This document shows, piece by piece, positions 20,161-30,757 of a stretch of 64,000 bases of DNA. The notes beneath the pieces are model-generated. The model saw only the letters and a list, made by a program, of their open reading frames with translations. It was not told the origin of the DNA and ran no database searches. The stretch's first letter is position 1, and the number at the start of each line of letters is the position of its first letter. The position numbers were made by a program, and so were the translations under genes. The stretch is from an uncultured Clostridium sp. (GTDB lineage: Bacteria > Bacillota > Clostridia > Christensenellales > CAG-138): assembly GCA_900542285.1 (NCBI GenBank), contig UQNF01000003.1, forward strand, positions 15,585-79,584. The letters are read 5' to 3'.

Positions 20161-20172
20161 AATTCAATACCG

Positions 20173-20202
20173 GACTGTCGGCTCATGCCGACGGTCTTTT
20201 TT
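20173..20202 (+). terminator. Rho-independent terminator
   Basis: GACTGTCGGC/GCCGACGGTC stem followed by TTTTTTG. Confidence 0.8.
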
Positions 20203-20253
20203 GTCCGTACATATGAATTACTCGCACAGATAATGATATATTGTTGAAAGCTA

Positions 20254-20282
20254 TTGACAAAAAGTGCAAAACATGTTCTAAT
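20254..20282 (+). promoter_or_regulatory. Candidate sigma-70-type promoter for regulator-potABCD
   Basis: TTGACA (20254-20259), 17 nt, TGT-TCTAAT (hexamer 20277-20282). Confidence 0.5.
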
Positions 20283-20388
20283 AGTGTCGTGTTTGTTTAG
20301 CGTTGTTAAACCACAGGTTTAGCATTGTAGTTGTTAGGGAATGCTGAACCGGATGTTAAGAAATATTGTGCGGAAAGGAGTAACGGCA

Positions 20389-20934
20389 GTGATTGACATT
20401 GGGGATAAGATCAAGCGGCTGCGGCTAAAGCTTGGATTAACTCAGGAAGAACTTGCGGCGAGGACGGAACTGTCTAAGGGATTTATCTCTCAGCTGGAAC
20501 GAAATCTAACATCTCCTTCCATATCTACACTTATGGACATATTGGAGGCGCTCGGAACCGATATTGCAAGCTTTTTTGCAAATGACGGAGTAAACGAGAA
20601 GGTCATCTTCTCGCCGGATGATATGTTCGAAAATGCTGACGAGGAGCTTGGCGTAAACATTTGCTGGCTGGTTCCGAATGCGCAGAAGAATGCACTCGAA
20701 CCAATACTTGTAACGCTTAGCGAGAACGGAAGCTCTGTGCCCGACGATCCCCATGACGGAGAGGAGTTCGGTTATGTGCTCTCGGGGAATATCGTCCTTG
20801 TTATCGGTAATAGAGAGCTCAAGCTTAAAAAAGGAGACAGCTTCTGCTTTAAGCCTCTTGAGACTCATTATATTAAAAACCCTGCAAAGCGTGAAGCCAG
20901 GGTTATCTGGGTGACAACACCGCCGTCATTCTAA
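20389..20934 (+). CDS. XRE-family HTH + cupin-domain transcriptional regulator (PuuR-like)
   Basis: IGDKIKRLRLKLGLTQEELAARTELSKGFISQLER is the HTH; the C-terminal cupin reads GEEFGYVLSGNIVL..G..L.LKKGDSFCF. GTG 20389 sits 8 nt after AAAGGAG. The upstream ATG 20341 is possible but lacks an RBS. Confidence 0.8.
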   Translation: MIDIGDKIKRLRLKLGLTQEELAARTELSKGFISQLERNLTSPSISTLMDILEALGTDIASFFANDGVNEKVIFSPDDMFENADEELGVNICWLVPNAQKNALEPILVTLSENGSSVPDDPHDGEEFGYVLSGNIVLVIGNRELKLKKGDSFCFKPLETHYIKNPAKREARVIWVTTPPSF

Positions 20935-20959
20935 TAGATGCTAAGGTAGGTTATTGATT

Positions 20960-22078
20960 ATGGAAAGTAAACGCTTGATTGAGCTGGTTGGAGTCAGCAA
21001 GGATTTCGACGGAGATATTGCGCTTGACAATATCAACCTTTATATTCGGGATGGTGAATTCCTGACGCTGTTGGGACCCTCCGGATGCGGAAAGACCACG
21101 ATGCTCAGGCTCATTGCCGGCTTCAGCATGCCTTCCTCCGGCAAGATAATCATGGACGGAAAGGACTTGACCTCCGTCCCTCCGTATAAGCGCCGGATCA
21201 ATACCGTATTCCAGAAATATGCGCTGTTTCCGCACCTGAACGTGTTTGATAATATCGCCTTCGGACTGAACATCAAAAAGCTGCCCAAGCATGTTATCAA
21301 GGAAAAAGTAATGGAAATGCTTGCTCTCGTCAACCTGTCCGGCTATGAGAACCGCTATATTGAGCAGCTCTCGGGAGGACAGCAGCAGCGTGTGGCAATT
21401 GCCCGTGCGCTTGTAAACGAACCCGAAGTGCTCTTGCTTGACGAACCTCTCGGCGCGCTGGATCTGAAGCTAAGAAAGGGGATGCAGCTTGAGCTCAAGC
21501 GTATGCAGCAAAAGCTTGGCATCACGTTTATCTATGTCACTCATGACCAAGAGGAAGCCTTGACCATGAGCGACACTATCGTAGTAATGAACCATGGTGT
21601 GATACAACAGATAGGCACTCCGATGGATGTCTATAATGAGCCTAAGAACCAGTTCGTTGCCAAGTTCATCGGCGAAAGCAATATCTTTCCGTCTACAATG
21701 GTTCGCGACTACCTTGTCAATATCAACGGCATCGAATACGAATGCGTCGATAAGGGCTTTGGCTGCAATAATCCTGTTGATGTTGTCGTCAGACCGGAGG
21801 ATGTTGATTTTATCGACCCGGCGGACGCTAAGCTTACCGGAATTGTGAAATCTGTCATTTTTATGGGCGTTCACTATGAGTTTCGCGTAGACTGCGGAGG
21901 CAGCATTTGGCTCGTGCATTCCACCGACTATGTGGAACCCGATACAAAAGTCGGAATTCAGATCCTTCCCGACGCTATACACGTCATGAAGGCGCAGGAG
22001 CTTCCTCCCGAGCGCGAACTCACAGAGGAAGAGCTGGAGCAGAGGGAATTGGCGCGCGAGGATGAGGAACAGTCATGA
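20960..22078 (+). CDS. potA: Spermidine/putrescine ABC transporter ATP-binding protein PotA
   Basis: [30 protein letters not shown], plus a C-terminal TOBE-like domain. Confidence 0.9.
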   Translation: MESKRLIELVGVSKDFDGDIALDNINLYIRDGEFLTLLGPSGCGKTTMLRLIAGFSMPSSGKIIMDGKDLTSVPPYKRRINTVFQKYALFPHLNVFDNIAFGLNIKKLPKHVIKEKVMEMLALVNLSGYENRYIEQLSGGQQQRVAIARALVNEPEVLLLDEPLGALDLKLRKGMQLELKRMQQKLGITFIYVTHDQEEALTMSDTIVVMNHGVIQQIGTPMDVYNEPKNQFVAKFIGESNIFPSTMVRDYLVNINGIEYECVDKGFGCNNPVDVVVRPEDVDFIDPADAKLTGIVKSVIFMGVHYEFRVDCGGSIWLVHSTDYVEPDTKVGIQILPDAIHVMKAQELPPERELTEEELEQRELAREDEEQS

Positions 22079-22902
22079 AAAGAAATGCTTTAGCGTATCC
22101 GTATATTGCGATATGGCTTCCCATTTTCATTATTGTGCCGATGATCTTCATTGCATATTACGCATTCTTTGATAATGGCCATTTCACATTGGAATTTGTG
22201 CGGAATCTGAAGGATGCGATGTATTGGAAGGTGCTTCTTCGGTCGGCTTGGCTAGCACTGAGAGCTACGCTCATCTGTCTCCTCATCGGATATCCGGTGG
22301 CGTACATGCTTTCAAACATGAAGAAATCCGTTGCAACAATGCTTTCTATATTCTACATACTACCGATGTGGATGAATGCTTTGCTAAGGACTTATGCATG
22401 GAAGGTGCTTCTGGCGGACGGAGGTATTTTCTCGGTGATTTTGGGCTGGTTCGGTCTTGGCGATGTTCAGCTGCTGTATACCGAGGGGGCGGTCTTATTG
22501 GGTACCGTTTATAACTTCCTACCGTTTATGATAATGCCCATATACACCACCCTCATGAAGCTGGACAAGTCATATCTTGAAGCTGCAAGGGATCTTGGCG
22601 CAAACGGCATACAAACATTTTTCAAAGTCGTACTTCCGCTGTCCAAGTCAGGCGTGATCTCCGGAATAACGATGGTGCTGGTTCCTGCAATGTCGACCTT
22701 TGCAATTTCCAAGCTGCTTGGCGGCGCAAATCACGCACTTTTAGGAGATCTCATTGAACAGAAGTTCCTGCTTAGCAGCACGGGATACGGTATGGGCTCG
22801 ATCCTTTCGCTGATTCTGCTCGTACTGGTATTCATTTCAACCGCGATAATGCGTTTTGTTGAAAAGAATACCGGAGAAGAGGAAGGGGGTACTCTTTGGT
22901 GA
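22075..22902 (+). CDS. potB: Spermidine/putrescine ABC transporter permease PotB
   Basis: 275 aa, 6 TM helices, [11 protein letters not shown] loop. Confidence 0.85.
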   Translation: MKRNALAYPYIAIWLPIFIIVPMIFIAYYAFFDNGHFTLEFVRNLKDAMYWKVLLRSAWLALRATLICLLIGYPVAYMLSNMKKSVATMLSIFYILPMWMNALLRTYAWKVLLADGGIFSVILGWFGLGDVQLLYTEGAVLLGTVYNFLPFMIMPIYTTLMKLDKSYLEAARDLGANGIQTFFKVVLPLSKSGVISGITMVLVPAMSTFAISKLLGGANHALLGDLIEQKFLLSSTGYGMGSILSLILLVLVFISTAIMRFVEKNTGEEEGGTLW

Positions 22903-23720
22903 GAAAGGTCGGAGGCATTTTCAAATGGGTTTATCTGGCGCTCACGCTCATATTCCTGTACGCGCCCATTGCCGTGCTCATAATCTTCTCGTTCACCGAT
23001 TCGAAGACTATGAGCAAATGGAACGGCTTTACACTATCCGCATACCGTGATATGTTTAACGATGCCGCGCTGATGCAGGCATTGAAGGTCACGCTAATAG
23101 TTGCGATCGTTTCGTCCATCGCAGCTACGATAATAGGTACCACCGCTGCAATCGGAATCAACTCCATGAAGCGAAGGAGAAGGTTGGCGATAGAGAACAT
23201 ATCGCAGCTCCCAATGATAAATCCCGATTTGGTGACCGGTATCAGTCTTATGATGCTGTTCTCGGTTGTCGGACTTAGCAGTAAGCTCGGATATTTGAGG
23301 CTTATTCTTGCGCATACCACCTTCAATATTCCGTATGTCATGTTTTCTGTGCTGCCAAAGCTCAGGCAAAGCTCCAATCTTTTGTATGAGGCGGCGCTGG
23401 ATCTTGGCTGTAAGCCTACGCAGGCGCTGTGGAAGGTCGTCCTGCCGGATATTATGCCCGGCGTAATAAGCGGTTTTATCATGGCGTTCACACTGTCGAT
23501 AGATGACTTTGTGATAAGCTGGTTCGTTGCGGACGGTGTGCAGAACCTGTCCATCTATATTTATGGACTGGCGAAACGAGGAATATCAACGAAGATCAAT
23601 GCATTCTCTGCTCTGATGTTTGTTGTAGTGGTAACTCTGCTGCTGATAGTCAATATCAGGAGCATGAGGCAGGACAAGATTGATGCAGCCCAAAGAAAAA
23701 AGGTTGCAAAAACAAACTGA
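22899..23720 (+). CDS. potC: Spermidine/putrescine ABC transporter permease PotC
   Basis: EAALDLGC EAA loop. GTG 22899 overlaps the potB stop (GTGA). Confidence 0.85.
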   Translation: MRKVGGIFKWVYLALTLIFLYAPIAVLIIFSFTDSKTMSKWNGFTLSAYRDMFNDAALMQALKVTLIVAIVSSIAATIIGTTAAIGINSMKRRRRLAIENISQLPMINPDLVTGISLMMLFSVVGLSSKLGYLRLILAHTTFNIPYVMFSVLPKLRQSSNLLYEAALDLGCKPTQALWKVVLPDIMPGVISGFIMAFTLSIDDFVISWFVADGVQNLSIYIYGLAKRGISTKINAFSALMFVVVVTLLLIVNIRSMRQDKIDAAQRKKVAKTN

Positions 23721-23763
23721 GTATGCTATTATTAGCAATTATTAATGAAAGGTATTGAATGAA

Positions 23764-24825
23764 ATGAAAAGAATAATCGCTATCGCACTTATTATCGTTA
23801 TGGCTGTCGCTTCAATGATCTTCCTGACTGCATGCGTTGACGACTCAAAAACGATTTACGTTCTTAACTGGGGGGATTATATCGACCCCGATCTGATAAA
23901 GCAGTTTGAATCTGAAACCGGATACAAGATCAAGTATTCCACCATGACCAGCAATGAAGAGATGATGATCAAGCTTCGCAGCTCAGACTGCATCTATGAT
24001 CTGTGCTTCCCTTCGGATTATATCATTGAGAAACTTATTGCCGAAGATCTGCTTGCAGAGATAAACTTTGATAATATTCCAAACTACAAAAATATTGATG
24101 AAAGATTTTTGGAGTTCACCGAACAGTTTGACCCGGGCAACAAGTATTCGGTTCCTTATATGTGGGGAACTGTTGGCATAGTCTATAATACCGAAAAGGT
24201 TCAGGAGCCTGTTGACAGCTGGAGCATTCTTTGGGATGAAAAGTATTCAGGTCAGGTCCTTATGTATGACAGCATGAGGGACAGCATCGGAATAACCCTT
24301 TTGATGCTTGGCTATGATATTAATACCAGGAATGCCGATGAGGTTGCCGCTGCGCGTGATGCGCTCATCGCTCAGAAGAACATCAGGAAGGGCTTCTTTG
24401 GTGATGATATCAAGGATGCAATGATCAATGAACAGGGCGCTCTTGCCGTGGTCTATTCCGGCGATGCCATGATGTGCATCGATCCCGAGTACGGTAATTC
24501 CAAGCTGGCATACGCTGTTCCGAATGAGGGAAGCAATGTCTGGATCGATAATATGATTATTCCCAAGACCAGCACCAAGCAGGCCATCGTTGAGGAGTTC
24601 ATCAACTTCCTCTGTGACCCTGAGGTTGCAATGCAGAACACCCAGTACATCGGCTATTCCACCACTAATAAGGCTGCGCTTGAGCTTATGGATAAGGAAT
24701 GGACCGAGAACCCGGTCTATAATCCTCCGCAGGACGTACTTGACAGATGTACGATTTTCCATGACCTTGGCGACTTCCTGAATGTGTTTGAGGAAGCATG
24801 GAATAAGGTCTATTTTGAAAACTGA
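23764..24825 (+). CDS. potD: Spermidine/putrescine-binding lipoprotein PotD
   Basis: Lipobox [24 protein letters not shown] is typical of PotD/PotF binding proteins. Confidence 0.85.
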   Translation: MKRIIAIALIIVMAVASMIFLTACVDDSKTIYVLNWGDYIDPDLIKQFESETGYKIKYSTMTSNEEMMIKLRSSDCIYDLCFPSDYIIEKLIAEDLLAEINFDNIPNYKNIDERFLEFTEQFDPGNKYSVPYMWGTVGIVYNTEKVQEPVDSWSILWDEKYSGQVLMYDSMRDSIGITLLMLGYDINTRNADEVAAARDALIAQKNIRKGFFGDDIKDAMINEQGALAVVYSGDAMMCIDPEYGNSKLAYAVPNEGSNVWIDNMIIPKTSTKQAIVEEFINFLCDPEVAMQNTQYIGYSTTNKAALELMDKEWTENPVYNPPQDVLDRCTIFHDLGDFLNVFEEAWNKVYFEN

Positions 24826-24850
24826 TACCGACAACAATAAGGAGACTTTT

Positions 24851-26233
24851 ATGATTAGACTTTATGAACTTCACAAGGATCCTGCAAAGTACGCAGGTGA
24901 CATTGAGGTTTCCGGCTGGATAAAGACCGCAAGAGAGAGCAAGAACGTTGGCTTCATCGAGCTTGGCGACGGGTCTGCTTTCAGGAGCGTTCAGGTGGTT
25001 TATGAGCATGACGCTATCCCCGAGGACGTCAGCAAGTGTTTCTCAACCGGCTCTGCTATCACCGTAAGGGGTGAGCTGGTACTTACTCCCGACGCAAAGC
25101 AGCCGTTTGAGATTCATGCAAAGGAAGTCGTGATCGAGGGCGAATGCCCTTCGGATTATCCGCTTCAAAAGAAGCGTCACAGCCTTGAATACCTCCGCAC
25201 CATTCAGCATCTCAGACCCCGTACAAACACCTTTCAGGCTGTTTTCCGTGTGCGCAGCGTAGTTGCCCAGGCGATACACCGCTTCTTCGATGAGCGCGGG
25301 TTTGTTTATGTACACACTCCTTTGTTTACAGGCAGCGACTGTGAGGGTGCAGGCGAGATGTTCCGCGTTACAACCCTCGATATGGATAACCCTCCCAAGA
25401 CGGAGGACGGAAAGGTCGACTTCTCCAAGGACTTCTTTGGGAAGCCCTGTAACCTGACCGTCAGCGGCCAGCTGCATGGCGAAGCCTTTGCACTTGCATT
25501 CCGCGATATTTATACCTTCGGCCCGACCTTCCGCGCCGAAAACAGCAACACCGCTCGCCATGCCGCAGAGTTTTGGCAAATAGAGCCCGAAATGGCGTTC
25601 TGCGATCTCAACGGATACATGGACACTGCGGAAGCAATGATTAAGTACATCATCAATACGGTGCTTGAACGCTGCCCCGATGAGATGAACTTCTTCAACC
25701 AGTATATGGATAAGACTTTGCTGGAAAGGCTTAACCATGTCGTCAACTCAGATTTTGTTCGCTGCAGCTATACGAAAGCGGTTGAGCTGCTGCTAGCGTC
25801 CGGACAGGAATTCCAGTATCCCGTCTATTGGGGCTGCGACCTTCAGACCGAGCATGAGCGTTATATCTGTGAGCAGATCTACAACTCTCCGGTGTTCCTG
25901 ACCGATTATCCGGCAGAGATCAAGAGCTTCTATATGCGTCTTAATGACGACGGCAAGACCGTTGCGGCGGCTGACCTTCTCGTTCCCGGCGTAGGCGAGA
26001 TAATCGGAGGCAGTCAGCGCGAGGAGCGTTATGATGTCCTCAAGAAGAAGATTGAAGATCTCGGTATGGATATGAGCTACTATGAGTGGTATCTTGACCT
26101 TCGCAAGTATGGCGGAGTTAAGCACGCCGGCTTTGGTTTGGGATTTGAGCGCATACTCATGTATCTGACCGGTGTCAGCAACATCCGTGATGTTACTCCG
26201 TTCCCGAGAACGACCGGAAGCATGGAGCTTTAA
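24851..26233 (+). CDS. asnS: Asparagine--tRNA ligase
   Basis: [23 protein letters not shown] (OB anticodon-binding domain), [17 protein letters not shown], and class II motif 3 [12 protein letters not shown]. Confidence 0.93.
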   Translation: MIRLYELHKDPAKYAGDIEVSGWIKTARESKNVGFIELGDGSAFRSVQVVYEHDAIPEDVSKCFSTGSAITVRGELVLTPDAKQPFEIHAKEVVIEGECPSDYPLQKKRHSLEYLRTIQHLRPRTNTFQAVFRVRSVVAQAIHRFFDERGFVYVHTPLFTGSDCEGAGEMFRVTTLDMDNPPKTEDGKVDFSKDFFGKPCNLTVSGQLHGEAFALAFRDIYTFGPTFRAENSNTARHAAEFWQIEPEMAFCDLNGYMDTAEAMIKYIINTVLERCPDEMNFFNQYMDKTLLERLNHVVNSDFVRCSYTKAVELLLASGQEFQYPVYWGCDLQTEHERYICEQIYNSPVFLTDYPAEIKSFYMRLNDDGKTVAAADLLVPGVGEIIGGSQREERYDVLKKKIEDLGMDMSYYEWYLDLRKYGGVKHAGFGLGFERILMYLTGVSNIRDVTPFPRTTGSMEL

Positions 26234-26248
26234 GATAATCGCATAACA

Positions 26249-26276
26249 GCCCACAGGCATGAGCTTGCGGGCTTTT
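26249..26276 (+). terminator. Probable terminator after asnS
   Basis: Imperfect stem GCCCACAGG/CTTGCGGGC followed by TTTT. Confidence 0.5.
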
Positions 26277-26339
26277 ACTATTGAGTGCATACTTTCGTTG
26301 ACCGTGAAATAAAGCGTATAAAGCTGAATAGGAGGCAAA

Positions 26340-28295
26340 ATGAAGGACGGATTTATTAAGGTGGCTGCCTGCTCGCCCAAAATCAGGCTTGCAGACACAA
26401 AATATAACGCAGACAGAATAATCGATTCGATTCGGAAAGCGGATGGGCAGGGAGTTAAGCTGCTGGTATTTCCGGAGCTGGTTTTGACCGGCTCGACCTG
26501 CGGCGAACTCTTCCTGCAGGACGCTCTGCTGGATTCGGTATTGATACAGCTTAAGCGAATTATTGACGAGACAAAGGAATGCACGCTCGTTTCGGTTATC
26601 GGCGCACCACTTAAGCACGACGATTGCATCTATAATTGCGCAGTTGTTTTGGCCGGGGGCAGCGCTGCAGGTATCACCGTCAAGCGAAGCAATAATGATC
26701 AGCGTTATTTTTCTTCGCCGGGAGCAGTGATAGCTGATATGTTCAGCGAACTTGGCACATGTTTCGGAGACAAGAATACGATATATAAATGCGAATTCAT
26801 GGAGGAATTTTCGTTTGGCGTAGAGATAGGCGGCGATTGTATGCTTGCAGATTCCGGGAGCGAGATGCCGAGTAGTAACTGTGCCAGGATAATTGTCAAT
26901 CCGGCCGCGGATGCGGAACTCATCGGCAGCGCCGGGTGGAGAAAGAGCTTTGCCGGCGTTGAGTCTCAAAAAACAATTTCTGCATACATCTATTGCGGAG
27001 CAGGTGAAGGCGAATCAACCACCGATATGGTCTTCTCGGGGCATAGTTTTATCTATGAAAACGGAGAGCTGTTGGCGGAGAACGAGCCGTTCTCGGGAAA
27101 TGGGCTTCTCATTTCAGAAGTCGATCTTGGCAGACTTGCCTTCGACAGAAGAAAGAGAAACAGAATCACGCGTTCCACGAAAAACGATAGAGTGTTTTCG
27201 CTATGCACTGTACAGACTGAGTATGAAAACTATGAGGATCATTTGGCTGAATACAAACAAAGGGCATTCATAGATACGAAGCTTACACGGCGATTTGACA
27301 GACTCCCGTTTTTGCCCAAGGATAGAAGGGAAATGCATTCAAGGGCCGAAAGCATTTTGATGATGCAGGCTGCAAGCCTTAAAAGCAGGGCAGAGCATAT
27401 TCATACAAATGCGCTGCTTATCGGTATCTCCGGAGGGTTGGATTCATGCCTCGCTCTGCTTGCCTGCGTAAAGGCTTGTGATTTGATGAAGGTTGACAGG
27501 CAGTTTGTTCATGCCGTTACAATGCCATGCTTTGGAACAACGGAACACACCAAGAACAACGCCGTAGAGCTTTGCGACGCGCTTGGCGTTACGCTTCACA
27601 CCGTACCGATCGCCGAAGCGGTTCGCAGGCACTTCTCTGACATTGGACACGATGAAGGCGACCATGATGCGACTTATGAAAATGCTCAGGCGAGGATGAG
27701 GACGCTCGTGCTGATGGACATGGCAAATTCTCTTAACGGAATAGTTGTTGGCACCGGAGATCTTTCGGAGCTTGCACTTGGCTGGGCGACATATAATGGC
27801 GACCATATGAGCATGTACGGAGTTAATGCCGGCATTCCAAAGACGTTGATAAGACAGATAGTGCGCAGCTATGCGGAGACCTGCGGTGATGACAGAATCA
27901 GGGAAGTGCTTATGAGCATATTGGATACACCAATTTCTCCCGAGCTCCTTCCTGCGGAAACGGATGGCAGGATAGCTCAAAAGACCGAGGATCTTGTGGG
28001 TCCGTACGAGCTGCACGATTTCTTCCTCTATTATGTGGTCAGATACGGATACAGCCCTGTAAAACTTTACCGCGTTGCCAAGGAAGCATTTAGGGGTACC
28101 GAGTTTGATGATGCAGAGATATTGAAGTGGCTCAAGAACTTCTATAGGAGGTTCTTCAGCCAACAGTTCAAACGCAGCTGTATGCCGGACGGGCCAAAGG
28201 TCGGCACTGTCGGGCTTTCGCCAAGAGGTGATTGGAACATGCCGAGCGATGCAAACGCAAGAATATGGCTCGATGAACTGAATACGCTTGAATAG
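26340..28295 (+). CDS. nadE: Glutamine-dependent NAD+ synthetase (nitrilase-like + NAD synthase domains)
   Basis: 651 aa. N-terminal CN-hydrolase domain (LVFPEL), then the ISGGLDS PP-loop and a ..GDLSELALGW.TYNGD motif. Confidence 0.9.
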   Translation: MKDGFIKVAACSPKIRLADTKYNADRIIDSIRKADGQGVKLLVFPELVLTGSTCGELFLQDALLDSVLIQLKRIIDETKECTLVSVIGAPLKHDDCIYNCAVVLAGGSAAGITVKRSNNDQRYFSSPGAVIADMFSELGTCFGDKNTIYKCEFMEEFSFGVEIGGDCMLADSGSEMPSSNCARIIVNPAADAELIGSAGWRKSFAGVESQKTISAYIYCGAGEGESTTDMVFSGHSFIYENGELLAENEPFSGNGLLISEVDLGRLAFDRRKRNRITRSTKNDRVFSLCTVQTEYENYEDHLAEYKQRAFIDTKLTRRFDRLPFLPKDRREMHSRAESILMMQAASLKSRAEHIHTNALLIGISGGLDSCLALLACVKACDLMKVDRQFVHAVTMPCFGTTEHTKNNAVELCDALGVTLHTVPIAEAVRRHFSDIGHDEGDHDATYENAQARMRTLVLMDMANSLNGIVVGTGDLSELALGWATYNGDHMSMYGVNAGIPKTLIRQIVRSYAETCGDDRIREVLMSILDTPISPELLPAETDGRIAQKTEDLVGPYELHDFFLYYVVRYGYSPVKLYRVAKEAFRGTEFDDAEILKWLKNFYRRFFSQQFKRSCMPDGPKVGTVGLSPRGDWNMPSDANARIWLDELNTLE

Positions 28296-28308
28296 TGTTA
28301 TTCTCTTC

Positions 28309-28337
28309 GGGATTCGCAAATGCGCGGATCCCTTTTT
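28309..28337 (+). terminator. Rho-independent terminator after nadE
   Basis: 9-bp stem GGGATTCGC/GCGGATCCC (one G-U pair), 6-nt loop, TTTTT. Confidence 0.75.
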
Positions 28338-28393
28338 GCATAATTAGGCTAAAAAACGAGAAACTACTACTGATAAATGCATTTGGAGGTAGT

Positions 28394-29434
28394 ATGGGAA
28401 GGATCGGAAAACATTCGTTCGTTTTGGAACGCCGACCGCATATTGTTTCATCGGCAAGCTATGTTGGAGATAAAGAAGGCAAGGGTCCTCTCGGAGGATG
28501 CTTTGATGTTGTATGCAAGGATGATACGCTTGGCCTTGACAGCTGGGAACAGGCTGAAAGCAGGATGTTTGAAAGCAGCGTAAGGGTCGCGCTTGCCAAG
28601 TTTGGGGCTCAGAGTTCGGATCTTAGCTGCCTTATGGGAGGCGATTTGCTCAATCAGATAATATCGGCAGGCTTTGCCGCAAGAGAGATAAGAGCTCCGT
28701 TTCTCGGACTCTATGGTGCATGCTCAACCATATGCGAGGGTATTGTTGTAGGCAGCATGCTTGTGGACGGAGGCTATATGGATATGGTCGCCTGCGCCGC
28801 CAGCAGTCATTTTTCATCCGCCGAACGCCAATACCGCTATCCATTGGAGATGGGCGTGCAGGAAACGCCGACTGCTCAGCGAACGGTGACCGGCGCAGGC
28901 TGCGTTATTATAAAGGATCCCGACAATCTCTGCGGCGATTATCCGTTTATGAATATAGTGGTTACTGGCGGTACTGTCGGGAGCGTTGAGGATTATGGCA
29001 TTACGGATGCAAATAACATGGGCGCTGCTATGGCGCCGGCGGCGGCAGAAACGATATGCACGCATTTTAAGGATACAAATACGACCCCGAGGGACTATGA
29101 CAGGATCATAACAGGAGACCTTGGAAAGTTCGGAACGGAGATGCTGTATGAGCTTTGCTCATCCCAGGGATACAACATCAGCGGCAGACATGATGATTGC
29201 GGAAAGCTGATGTTTTCGGAGGAGCAGAATGTCGTCTGCGGTGGCAGCGGCTGGGGCTGCGCTGCTACCGTCCTTTCCGGTCATTTACTGCCGATGCTGG
29301 AAAGTGGAAAATACAGGCGAATCCTTTTCCTCGCAACAGGAGCGTTGCTTAGCCCTGTCAGCAGTTTGCAGGGCGAAAGCATTCCGTCAATAGCGCACGC
29401 AATAGTAATTGAGCATTCGGAGGAACAAAGATGA
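28394..29434 (+). CDS. spoVAD: Stage V sporulation protein AD
   Basis: MGRIGKHSFVLERRPHIVSSASYVGDKEGKGPLGGCFD..., a thiolase-like fold with GACST. ATG 28394 follows RBS GGAGG. Confidence 0.9.
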   Translation: MGRIGKHSFVLERRPHIVSSASYVGDKEGKGPLGGCFDVVCKDDTLGLDSWEQAESRMFESSVRVALAKFGAQSSDLSCLMGGDLLNQIISAGFAAREIRAPFLGLYGACSTICEGIVVGSMLVDGGYMDMVACAASSHFSSAERQYRYPLEMGVQETPTAQRTVTGAGCVIIKDPDNLCGDYPFMNIVVTGGTVGSVEDYGITDANNMGAAMAPAAAETICTHFKDTNTTPRDYDRIITGDLGKFGTEMLYELCSSQGYNISGRHDDCGKLMFSEEQNVVCGGSGWGCAATVLSGHLLPMLESGKYRRILFLATGALLSPVSSLQGESIPSIAHAIVIEHSEEQR

Positions 29435-29799
29435 GCAGCATAACGGACTATTTATTGGCATTCGTGATCGGAGGAGCGATATGCGTTGTTGGTGAACTGC
29501 TGATGAGCTTGACCAGATTGACACCGGCGAGAATACTTGTCATCTTCGTTACCGCAGGTGCGATTCTGACGGCGTTCGGACTGTATAAGCCGTTGATAGA
29601 TATTGGCGGAGCCGGTGCATCCGTACCGCTCACCGGATTTGGCTATTCGCTTGCGGAAGGAGCGATCGAGGGCGCAAGAAGCGATGGATTGCTTGGCGCA
29701 ATAACCGGAAGCATAAAAGCAACCGCTGCCGGAATAGCGGCAGCGATCTTCTTCGGATACTTATTCGCACTGATATTTACACCGAAAACCAAGGATTAG
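29431..29799 (+). CDS. spoVAE: Stage V sporulation protein AE (SpoVAEb/SpoVAC-like membrane protein)
   Basis: 122 aa, 4 TM helices. GGAGASVPLTGFG motif. Overlaps the spoVAD stop. Confidence 0.85.
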   Translation: MSSITDYLLAFVIGGAICVVGELLMSLTRLTPARILVIFVTAGAILTAFGLYKPLIDIGGAGASVPLTGFGYSLAEGAIEGARSDGLLGAITGSIKATAAGIAAAIFFGYLFALIFTPKTKD

Positions 29800-29803
29800 T
29801 GCA

Positions 29804-30637
29804 TTATGACTCACAGCTGTCCTCATAATGAAGCGCAGCGCCGACTGCTGTTGCGAAAACAGCGTTTTCAGGGACGATGAATTCGATAGGGTATAGCGAG
29901 CGGCACATCTCGATTATATCCATAAGCTGATGTATTTGAGTAAGCGCACCGGTCAGGATGACCTTCTTTACGCTAAGTCCGCGGCAAGCGAATACTGCCA
30001 TAGTCAGTATTGTCTGCATAACCATGTTGATCAGGCCGAGAGCCATGTCGCTGTCACTTGCGTAGTCGCAGATATTGCCGAAATTAGCCGCAGTTATCTC
30101 CATGCCAAGCTTATCAATATCGTTCTTTGAAATATCACCTACGGTCAAATCAACATTATGAAGCTGGCCCGTTTCGGCAAGTGTGCAGATGCTTTCAAAA
30201 TCGGTGGAGCCTGTAAGCTTTCTTCCAAGCCCAGTGATAGTGCCTCCGCCGACGCCGCTGCCTCCAATATGCGAATATTGTTTGCCGTTGGCATGGATGA
30301 AGGCAGTGCCGGTGCCCATGCTGACGACGACAGCTTCATGTGTGTTTGCAAGCGCAAGCCCTCCGCGGGCGGTGGCGGAGAATTCCTCGATCCTGGTGGT
30401 AGGAATGCCGTATATGTCGCCGACCAGATATGAAGCGCCAACTCCGGTAATATAGATCCTGTCAACGTCGGAAAGGGAGAAACCGTTGGAGTTGATATAG
30501 TTTCCGAGCGCACCGTAGAGCGAAGTTATCTGGTCATAAGCCCGAACCATCATTGTTGAAAGCAGGGTTCCGTCATGCTTGAGTCCAACTATTTTAGTAG
30601 TTGAGCCTCCGACATCGATTCCAAGAATAATATTCAT
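29804..30637 (-). CDS. coaW: Type II pantothenate kinase-like ASKHA ATPase
   Basis: GIDVGGSTTKIV, VSMGTGTAF, GGSGVGGGTITGLG, LTVGDI...ITAANFG and ENAVFATAVGAAL run parallel to the staphylococcal CoaW motifs as I recall them. Confidence 0.7.
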   Translation of the reverse strand: MNIILGIDVGGSTTKIVGLKHDGTLLSTMMVRAYDQITSLYGALGNYINSNGFSLSDVDRIYITGVGASYLVGDIYGIPTTRIEEFSATARGGLALANTHEAVVVSMGTGTAFIHANGKQYSHIGGSGVGGGTITGLGRKLTGSTDFESICTLAETGQLHNVDLTVGDISKNDIDKLGMEITAANFGNICDYASDSDMALGLINMVMQTILTMAVFACRGLSVKKVILTGALTQIHQLMDIIEMCRSLYPIEFIVPENAVFATAVGAALHYEDSCES

Positions 30638-30715
30638 TAATTGAACCTTTCGTGGTGTATTGACACGGATTGATTATAGCGTATCGATAATAAAAAGTAA
30701 ATACCCATCACAACA

Positions 30716-30744
30716 GACTCGGCACCGCAGAGCGATGCCGAGTC
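30716..30744 (-). terminator. Stem-loop downstream of the aminotransferase gene
   Basis: 9-bp stem GACTCGGCA/TGCCGAGTC. The T-tract on the minus strand is weak. Confidence 0.4.
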
Positions 30745-30757
30745 CGTTTAGCTTAGC

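Noticed and set aside
24826-24850. Possible T-box leader upstream of asnS
   Set aside because: Only 25 nt separate the potD stop from the asnS start. That leaves no room for a T-box (~200 nt), and no specifier or T-box sequence is seen.
25793-26969. Two long minus-strand ORFs (278 and 258 aa) across the asnS 3' end, the intergenic region and the nadE 5' end
   Set aside because: They are antisense to two confidently identified genes and span a terminator. Their composition is Ser/Cys/Arg-rich and they contain no motifs.
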